A DNA stretch of 64,000 bases from a virus. Lineage: Duplodnaviria; Heunggongvirae; Uroviricota; Caudoviricetes. The notes below the pieces were generated by a model. That model was given only the letters and a program-made list of their open reading frames with translations, did not search any database and had not been told where the DNA came from. Each line of letters opens with the position of its first letter. The first letter of the stretch is position 1. A program made the translations under genes and the position numbers. The DNA lies in the IMG/VR virus record IMGVR_UViG_3300031760_000016, positions 43,455 to 107,454 of that record, one strand, 5' to 3'. Positions 57,419-64,000 of this stretch are shown here, one piece after another.

Positions 57419-58060
57419 TTACAGAACCTGGATGTTGTCGCGGATCGCGGCCAGCTCGGCTTCGATCTCAGCGGCGGCGGCGGCGAACTGGGCTTCCACC
57501 TTGTTCAGCTGCAGGATGCCGGTGCCGATGGTCTCCTCAGCCCACTTCTTGGCGTCGGTGACGTCCTCGGGCAGGAGCATGGTCACGATGGCCTTGCCGT
57601 CAGCGTTGGCCTGAGGGGCGAAGCTCACGCCGATGGGGTTGATGCTGCCGGTGCCCTTGCTGGTCACACCCACACGGAAAACCTCCTGCTTGGTGCTGCC
57701 CTCGGTCTCGAACAGCTTCAGGGCGTTGGGGCGGTACTTGCCCAGGGTCTTGATGGAATCCAGATCCGCATCGGATTCCACGACCACGGCGCGGCCGGCG
57801 ACCTTGATCTTGGCAGCGTTGTCGGCCTTGACGACGCTCAGCAGGTAGCAGCTGGTGGTGATGCCCAGATCGGCGAAGGTGCGATCCAGCATGCCGGGCT
57901 GCAGAGTAGCGCCGTCCAGCATCAGCTGACCCATGGAGTAGTCGACACCGTTCTCTTCCAGAGCCTGGCGCAGGGTGTTGTTCTCGTCGACGATGACACG
58001 GTTGCGATTGGTGGTGTTGCCGATGGTGACATTGATCATACTATGTACCTCCGTAATCAA
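57419..58060 (-). CDS. Hypothetical protein with possible N-terminal ubiquitin-like beta-grasp domain
   Basis: 213 aa. First ~75 aa (MINVTIGNTTNRNRVIVDENNTLRQALEENGVDYSMGQLMLDGATLQ...CYLLSVVKADNA) have ThiS/MoaD/ubiquitin-like periodicity. The C-terminus is Ala-rich. Confidence 0.3.
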   Translation of the reverse strand: MITEVHSMINVTIGNTTNRNRVIVDENNTLRQALEENGVDYSMGQLMLDGATLQPGMLDRTFADLGITTSCYLLSVVKADNAAKIKVAGRAVVVESDADLDSIKTLGKYRPNALKLFETEGSTKQEVFRVGVTSKGTGSINPIGVSFAPQANADGKAIVTMLLPEDVTDAKKWAEETIGTGILQLNKVEAQFAAAAAEIEAELAAIRDNIQVL

Positions 58061-58893
58061 TTCGTTTTTGGATTTGGAAACAGATTGGAAACCCGGATTC
58101 TCAGACCGTCGGTGCTCTTACTCTTTTCATTGGAATTCCCTTCCTTTCTGGCGATTGACTCGCGCCCTTCAATTCGTACCGCATTTCTCAGCCGCATTTC
58201 TGCGTTGCCCGCTCTGAACCACGTGGAGGTGAATGCTTTTCTACTTCTCAGAGCATTTGGGCAGCGTTTCCCACGCGCTGCCCTGAAAGGAGGAGACCAT
58301 GAAGAATTTCATTTTAATTTCAAAATCCGTTTGCCGCTTAAAGCGTTGCCCGCCCTGAACCGCGTGGAGGTTGGATTACTCAGGGCATTTAGGCGGCGTC
58401 CCCGCAAACGCCGCCCAGGAACGAGGGGGAAAGGAGGAACCCCCTGTCCCTTAGTTGTAAGTGTCGAAGATGGAAGGTACCATGATCTCGGTCCCATCCG
58501 AAATGGGAATCATGGTCGGACGGTAGATCGTGATTCCGTGCTCATGCAGGATGTCTTCGATCTGATCCTCAATGGCTTCCAGAGTTTTAGTGTCTATGCC
58601 GATGTCTTCCAGTGAAATGTCATCTGGCTCGACACCGATCAACCTGCAGATGAATTCGTGGGTGTACTGGTCGATGTCGTCCTGCCGGCGGATGACCTCT
58701 TCGTAGTCATCCGAATTCTCGGCCATATTGAATTCCTCTTCATCATCCTCGATCTCGATGGTGAGAGAATCCGCGTCGATCACCGGCTCAGAAACCGGTG
58801 GGGGAGTGTTGCCAGTGTAGGCAACGATCGTTTTTTCCTTCAAAAGACGGCACCTCCGCTATGTAATCACAACCGGATTGAAAACCGGCGCTG

Positions 58894-59295
58894 TCACTGT
58901 CGCATCAGAATGGAATTGAAAAGTGGAAGCAGTTCAGATTCAGAAGGAAGATCCTTCTCGGGTTCCGGGTGCTTGAGCATACCCGGGCTGAAGAGGTAGT
59001 CATGGGGTTCGACGGTCACGACGATGCCGTTTCGTTCGAAACCCTTGATGGTGAAGATCAGACCGCAGTATTTCTGCATGCAATCCAGAAACATGAGATC
59101 ACCGCAGTCGATGCCTCCGTCGGAATAACCGAATTCCTCGCCCATTTCCTCATATTCCTTGACCTGGACGAGGTCACCGACCTTGAAATTGTGTTTGGGT
59201 TTGATTTCAAATCCCTCCTTCGTAGTTATTAACCGCAGGCCGGACTTATCGGGTTCAGATTCCCTGCCGTCCGCCTTGGCCGGAGCGGATGCCAT
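58894..59295 (-). CDS. Hypothetical protein
   Basis: 133 aa. Confidence 0.35.
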   Translation of the reverse strand: MASAPAKADGRESEPDKSGLRLITTKEGFEIKPKHNFKVGDLVQVKEYEEMGEEFGYSDGGIDCGDLMFLDCMQKYCGLIFTIKGFERNGIVVTVEPHDYLFSPGMLKHPEPEKDLPSESELLPLFNSILMRQ

Positions 59296-59832
59296 CCAGC
59301 CTGCGGCTATGCGCTTTTTCTGGCGGGTTCAACGCATGAACCACGATGTGGTACTAGGGAAGCCGGAAGTGTACATTTCCTCCCCCCTTTCAATTGGAAT
59401 CAAAAAGCACCACCCTGCGATTGGGCGGTGCTATACGCCGAGGACATGCTTGAAGTCTGAAAAGTCTGTCGGTTTAAATTCCGGTTCAGAACTTTCAGTG
59501 ACTGGCTCAAAGAAGCTTTTGTGCCAGAAGTACATGTCGAAATCTTCGGGATCCGGAACCTTTTCCCTGACATCATCCGCATTCGGAATCAGTTCCCCGT
59601 CGTCGTCGATGTGATCGACTCTGAACACAAGACCCGAGAACTGCGACATATCCGGAACGAAGTTGTCAACATCCGTTGACCAAATCGAACCGTCATTGGA
59701 AATCCCATACTCTTCCGCAAGGGAATCCCAAGTGCGAACCCGGACGAGTTCGCCTTCAGCGAAATCCAGAATCGGAATCAAAACCATCTCCTTTCTGTAA
59801 GATAAAAGCGCCCTTTTGAAGGGGCGCTTAGG

Positions 59833-60219
59833 TCAGGTCTTTTCGACGAATATGCCTGGGATCGTGCAGGAAATGGAAACCTCTCCAGAATCGGTGGCAT
59901 CCATACTGACAGCGGAGCACTCGCGGAGCACATCGCAGAACTTCTTCACCTCGTCGCCGAACAGATCGAAAACGATGAAGTTTGCGGTTATTCCGCACGG
60001 TGGAACGAGCGGATCAAGATCAACCGAAACGATTTTGCCGCCCAAATCCTTGGCTGCCTTGTCAAAGAACATCGCGAGCTTCTTCAGCTTTTCGAGCTGA
60101 ACCTCATCGACTTCGAAATCCTCAGGTTTCATGTTCTGCATTTCGAGGTCGAAAGCTGCAACGAGCTTTCTGGCAAATTCTTTGTCGGTCATGTTGCTGT
60201 CAAAGAAGCTATCAGTCAT
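59833..60219 (-). CDS. Hypothetical protein
   Basis: 128 aa. Confidence 0.35.
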   Translation of the reverse strand: MTDSFFDSNMTDKEFARKLVAAFDLEMQNMKPEDFEVDEVQLEKLKKLAMFFDKAAKDLGGKIVSVDLDPLVPPCGITANFIVFDLFGDEVKKFCDVLRECSAVSMDATDSGEVSISCTIPGIFVEKT

Positions 60220-60239
60220 TATGTTTGCAACACCTCTTT

Positions 60240-60971
60240 CTAATCTGATTTCAAAACTCCATTGCCGGAGTTATTGAAGCTGTGTTGAGTCGCATCGCGG
60301 GTATATCTCAAACCACGATACAGTTTTCTCATGTCATACTGCGGATTAGATTGCTTGTCGAGTTGAGCGAATACTCTTTCCATGATGGGCAAAACCGATT
60401 CGTCGTTAATTGTCTGCCCTTTTGTCGCGAGATCAAAAACCCCATCAACAAACTCGGGTACAGTTAACCAGTGTTCAGTATATATTGCCTTCATGGAAAG
60501 CTTTCTGTACACAAATCGCGGTTGAATCACTTTCTGCCTTATAGTTAAGCCGTTGTCAAAACCTGAATCGTTTTTTGATTCGAGATTTCCAACACCAGAC
60601 TCAACTTGTTCAACCGCCCTGATTAACTGATTGATTGCCTTCCTGGCGTGATACAGGTCGTAATACTGTTCTCCGTTGTTCTTCCTCTCGACCATGGTTG
60701 GATAGATATCCTCCATGATACTAAGAGTTACTTGGTAATCAATTACAACCGATTTCTGAACCAATTCAAAAACCCTGTCAACAAACTCTGGTATGGTCAA
60801 CCAGTATTTAGTGCATGTTTTACTTATCGGTAATCTCCAGTACAGAAAATGCAGTCGCTCAGCTTTCTCCCTTGTACTCGTCACCTCGTTCACTGGCAAA
60901 TCACCTCCGGTTTCAAATCCCGAGGTGATTATACCATTTTCCAGCCCGCTTTTCAACAGGCGATGCTGCAA
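60240..60971 (-). CDS. Hypothetical protein with internal ~90-aa tandem duplication
   Basis: 243 aa. Two copies of a (T)xYWLTIPEFVDxVFxL...IMExIFxxL module. Confidence 0.4.
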   Translation of the reverse strand: MQHRLLKSGLENGIITSGFETGGDLPVNEVTSTREKAERLHFLYWRLPISKTCTKYWLTIPEFVDRVFELVQKSVVIDYQVTLSIMEDIYPTMVERKNNGEQYYDLYHARKAINQLIRAVEQVESGVGNLESKNDSGFDNGLTIRQKVIQPRFVYRKLSMKAIYTEHWLTVPEFVDGVFDLATKGQTINDESVLPIMERVFAQLDKQSNPQYDMRKLYRGLRYTRDATQHSFNNSGNGVLKSD

Positions 60972-61404
60972 TCGGAATTGAAACCGATTCTGATTTCGAT
61001 TCCGGGACGGCTGCCAATGACGTCATCCATGGTCGCCATCACCAGCTTATGGGCTTCTGCGATCGCGCACCGATCGCATTCGATATGCATGCCCCGCATG
61101 CAGCAGATGTTGCAGGAATTGCTGAAACTCTTTTCAGCCTGAAACCTCGTGGAGGCTTCGATTTGGCGATTCACGCCAATCTGTTCGAATTTGGTCATGA
61201 TATTATTACCTCACTATCGCGGCTACAATGACGGAACCGAAGATGATTATGATTGTCCCCATGGCCGCAATCAGATTAGGAATGAAAACCTTGATCGCAT
61301 TAGCGGTCATATGTACCGAACACTTAAAAACCCGGATAACCTTGGCACGCTGTCTTCTGCGTTGAGCGGCCTGCCTGCGCTCAAGGTACGTCACTCCATC
61401 ACCT

Positions 61405-62200
61405 CCAAATCCAAATCAGATTCGATTCCAGACCTTCAGATGCCCATGGCGAGCATCGTGAAAGCCCTTCTGCCGCGGTGCCAGACTTCGACGTCCAAAC
61501 CGCTTTTGTACCAGCGCATCGCTACGCTGCGAGACTTCGTGGTTTCCTGAGTCTCGCAGTTCACGTAGAAACTGCCTTTCAGGATCAAGTCGAAAAACCT
61601 CCATTCATTTTGGATTTCAAACCCTTGACTCTGCGTTTACACGGGCTTGTCACCGTCAGAGGCCGCATTAAGGGAGGCGCAGTCAATGTCAAGTAGTCGG
61701 CCAAATGCTTTGTACAGACGCTGCGCCCAGCCGTCTGGACAGTTCTTTGACCCGCGTGGATTATGCACCAACACGCTGGTGCTCGCGGAGAGTTTGAGTA
61801 TCACCACCTTAAAAACCCAAATTGGATTCAATTCCAGATCCTCAGGTGTGCCCGCTTTTTCTGGGACACCCAGCCCAAGAGCCTGAGCCGCTCTCGCTCT
61901 TTGCTCCACCGGAACTTTGGCCTACCCGATGGCATAGGCGAAAAACCCAAATCAGATTCGATTCCAGACCCTCAGCAGAACGACCATACACCGAGATCGG
62001 TATTGCGACTGAGCTGCACAGATCCGTCAGTTGCAGACAGGACATCGTGGATCCCAGCGTAATCGGGATTGCTGTCGATCTTGGTGGCCAGTTCGGCCTT
62101 TTCACACAGGGTCAGTTCGTGGGTGACCCAGATGATTCCATCAGTGAACATTTTCCACCTCGCTTGATTCAGATTCAATTCCAGACCCTCACGGTCTGGA
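61405..62200 (-). repeat. Four dispersed copies of a ~35-nt motif (minus strand CTGAGGGTCTGGAATCGAATCTGATTTGGGTTTTT) in a ~900-nt region without credible genes
   Basis: Cores at 61417-61434, 61821-61838, 61953-61970 and 62170-62187. The listed ORFs across them are translations of the repeat (ELNPIWVF / ESNLIWVF). Confidence 0.7.
61622..61672. repeat. Element X (ccttgactctgcgtt...ggcttgtcacc...gccgcattaagg), paralog of 63731..63792
   Basis: Three conserved blocks shared with the second copy. Confidence 0.6.
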
Positions 62201-62296
62201 GCCTACCAGCATCGCAGACAGAGCTCACAAGACTTTGCATCTATTGACTCTTTGGCTCAGATGTGATGCTGGCGGGCATTCTGGGCAGATGCCGCG

Positions 62297-63163
62297 TTAC
62301 GCGGCGGTTTCTTCAGCAGGCTGTTCCTTGGTGACCACGATGGTCTCGGTCGCAGCCTCAGCGGGGGCAACCTCAGGCTTCTTCGCCTTCTTGGCAGCCT
62401 TCTCGCCATCGGGCTTGACCATCTTGTAATCGACGGAATACACCAGATCGTTCGTGAGACGGTAGAGGACTTCGGCAACCAGCCGGGTGACGGTGCTGGT
62501 ATTGGCAACCTTCAGGGTCAGCTTCTGGCTGCCGCGGCGGGTGTAGGAGTAAAGCAGATACTTCACGTCGAAGTTGTTGATCTTGTAGACGTTCTTGCCA
62601 TTGCCATCGTCCACGAACAGGATGGAGTCGATGACAGTCTGGAGCAGCTTGGTCATCTGCGAGTTGGAGACGGGAGTTCCGCCCATATCCAGCTCACGGG
62701 CCTTGTCGGACATGCGGTAGGTGGTGGCAACCTTCTGGGCAACTTCCTTGCCCGAGTGACCGAGATCGTCATGGATGCGGATGCAGAGCAGCTCACCCAT
62801 CTTTTCGACCTTGTACTTCCAGAGGGTGTCCTTCTGAAAGAACTTGAACAGAGCGGCCAGGTCGATCTGCTTCTCAGCATCCTCGACCAGTTCCATACCG
62901 AGGATGACGTCGCCGTCACGGTTGATCTTGTGGCGGAGAACCGGGAACCAGCCGCGCTTGATGCCCGCGAGAATCGGGTTCTCAGCGTCGCGGCACTCGC
63001 CGAAGGTATCCAGCTGGGACTGCTGAGCGTATTCCTTCTCAGCGTCCTTGACAGCACTTTCGGCCTTGTTGATGGCTTCGAGGTTCTTGTCATTTACGGC
63101 CTTGTTGTAGGCCGCGATTGCGGCGACAACCTTCGCCTTAGCTTCCATACCGAGTTTCGTCAT
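62297..63163 (-). CDS. Hypothetical protein with Lys/Ala/Pro/Glu-rich histone-H1-like tail
   Basis: Start set to the ATG at 63163 (RBS AAGGGGG). C-terminus KPDGEKAAKKAKKPEVAPAEAATE is low complexity. Confidence 0.45.
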   Translation of the reverse strand: MTKLGMEAKAKVVAAIAAYNKAVNDKNLEAINKAESAVKDAEKEYAQQSQLDTFGECRDAENPILAGIKRGWFPVLRHKINRDGDVILGMELVEDAEKQIDLAALFKFFQKDTLWKYKVEKMGELLCIRIHDDLGHSGKEVAQKVATTYRMSDKARELDMGGTPVSNSQMTKLLQTVIDSILFVDDGNGKNVYKINNFDVKYLLYSYTRRGSQKLTLKVANTSTVTRLVAEVLYRLTNDLVYSVDYKMVKPDGEKAAKKAKKPEVAPAEAATETIVVTKEQPAEETAA

Positions 63164-63730
63164 GAGAAATACCCCCTTTTTATTGTTCTGCCGTTCAGTC
63201 GAAGACGTCCACACCACGGGAAGGCGGCAGAATCGTGGACATTAACGGCGCGAGCAGTCGAATGACCAGCCCGCGCCGCGTTTTATGTTATTCTGCACTT
63301 TGGCAAATTGCCGCCATGCAAGGTTGTATTACTCACACATCAATTCACAGTCGCTTCATGACACCTAGCAGAATCACCCTTACCCGCTTGGAGCTCGGGC
63401 AATTATCCCAGACTTGATACGATCTCATCACTTTTCATGCTTCATTCTATCAGTGCCCACTTGGAGCGTACTGAGTAAGCGAAATCCACACGAGGGTGCA
63501 TTAGTGCCAATCCACTTCAATGATTGACATATCCTTCACCTTCCGCAAGCCACGTTTAGAGGGGTGAAGCTACCCTGTTGCCGCAATCTACTATCCGGCA
63601 CGCCAGCCGTCTACACCAGCTGACGCCATAGGACGTACCATGAGACCAGAATGCCCCATTTGGGAACACCCCAGTACTTCAATCGACCTATGGAACCGAC
63701 GACCTGCCTTGTGTCATTAGGTTGCAGGTA

Positions 63731-63792
63731 CCTTGACTCTGCGTTAGGGGCTTGTCACCCGCCAGCGTTGTTCACACTGGGCCGCATTAAGG
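63731..63792. repeat. Element Y, second copy of the X element, immediately preceding the terminal tandem array
   Basis: Same three blocks in the same order. Confidence 0.6.
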
Positions 63793-63808
63793 TGGATTTT
63801 TCCTCTGG

Positions 63809-64000
63809 CTGCGGGGGGCGTTGCCGTCCGTCCGTTCTTTGTGCGGGGGGCGTTGCCGTCCGTCCGTTCTTTGTGCGGGGGGCGTTGCCGTCCGTCCGTT
63901 CTTTGTGCGGGGGGCGTTGCCGTCCGTCCGTTCTTTGTGCGGGGGGCGTTGCCGTCCGTCCGTTCTTTGTGCGGGGGGCGTTGCCGTCCGTCCGTTCTTT
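63809..64000. repeat. Perfect 32-nt tandem repeat (GTGCGGGGGGCGTTGCCGTCCGTCCGTTCTTT), 6 units, truncated by the window edge
   Basis: Units at 63809 (first 2 nt differ), 63841, 63873, 63905, 63937 and 63969. All others are identical. Confidence 0.9.

Noticed and set aside
61416-62247. Eight short ORFs listed across 61.4-62.3 kb
   Set aside because: They overlap each other on both strands and two of them translate the repeated intergenic motif (ELNPIWVF / ESNLIWVF). The region is better explained as non-coding repeats.
63809-64000. Terminal repeats as a CRISPR array
   Set aside because: Units are directly tandem with no spacers. There is no leader or cas context.

Overview
This window reads as a contiguous piece of a large dsDNA phage or prophage of a Gram-positive host; a clostridial (Firmicutes) host is a guess, and GC is about 50 percent. 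Positions 1-12.9 kb are on the plus strand and encode tail-fibre / receptor-binding proteins (SGNH esterase; a 1781-aa protein with a CotH-like domain, Listeria-Bacteroides repeats and BspA-type LRRs; an LRR/DUF6273-like protein). A lysis cassette follows (Cys/His peptidase endolysin with PG-binding and SH3 domains, holin, NlpC/P60-like protein, GH25 muramidase with SH3). Next is a complete type III toxin-antitoxin locus: promoter, about 2.8 tandem 37-38-nt ToxI-like RNA repeats, terminator, and a ToxN/AbiQ toxin. The strand switches at a tyrosine integrase near 13.1 kb. From there to the window end nearly every gene is on the minus strand. This block holds DNA replication and recombination genes (DnaE PolIII alpha, DnaG primase, DnaB, SSB, ERF annealase, Cas4/RecB-like nuclease, AAA ATPase) and nucleotide metabolism genes (dUTPase, class II RNR, T4 gp1-like dNMP kinase, PhoH). 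It also holds five tRNAs and many morons. Two genes are interrupted by related group I introns: the RNR, by an intron carrying a LAGLIDADG homing endonuclease, and dnaB, by a HEG-less intron. The most unusual content is a cluster of accessory, defense or counter-defense candidates. These are a solo MazF/PemK-like toxin with its own strong promoter, a macro-domain protein, and a Prs-like (ADP-ribose pyrophosphokinase-like) gene paired with a nicotinamidase. Further on, a reverse transcriptase is preceded by a ~340-nt structured non-coding leader and, upstream in the same minus-strand gene block, by a ThiF/E1-like gene, a JAB/MPN gene and a possible Ubl-containing gene. The minus-strand block also contains several unusually long non-coding regions with families of repeated motifs: a tRNA T-arm-like motif, two paralogous ~200-nt elements, and a pair of ~60-nt elements, one of which abuts a perfect 32-nt tandem array at the window edge. 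All functional calls rest on motif recognition by eye; no database search was possible.
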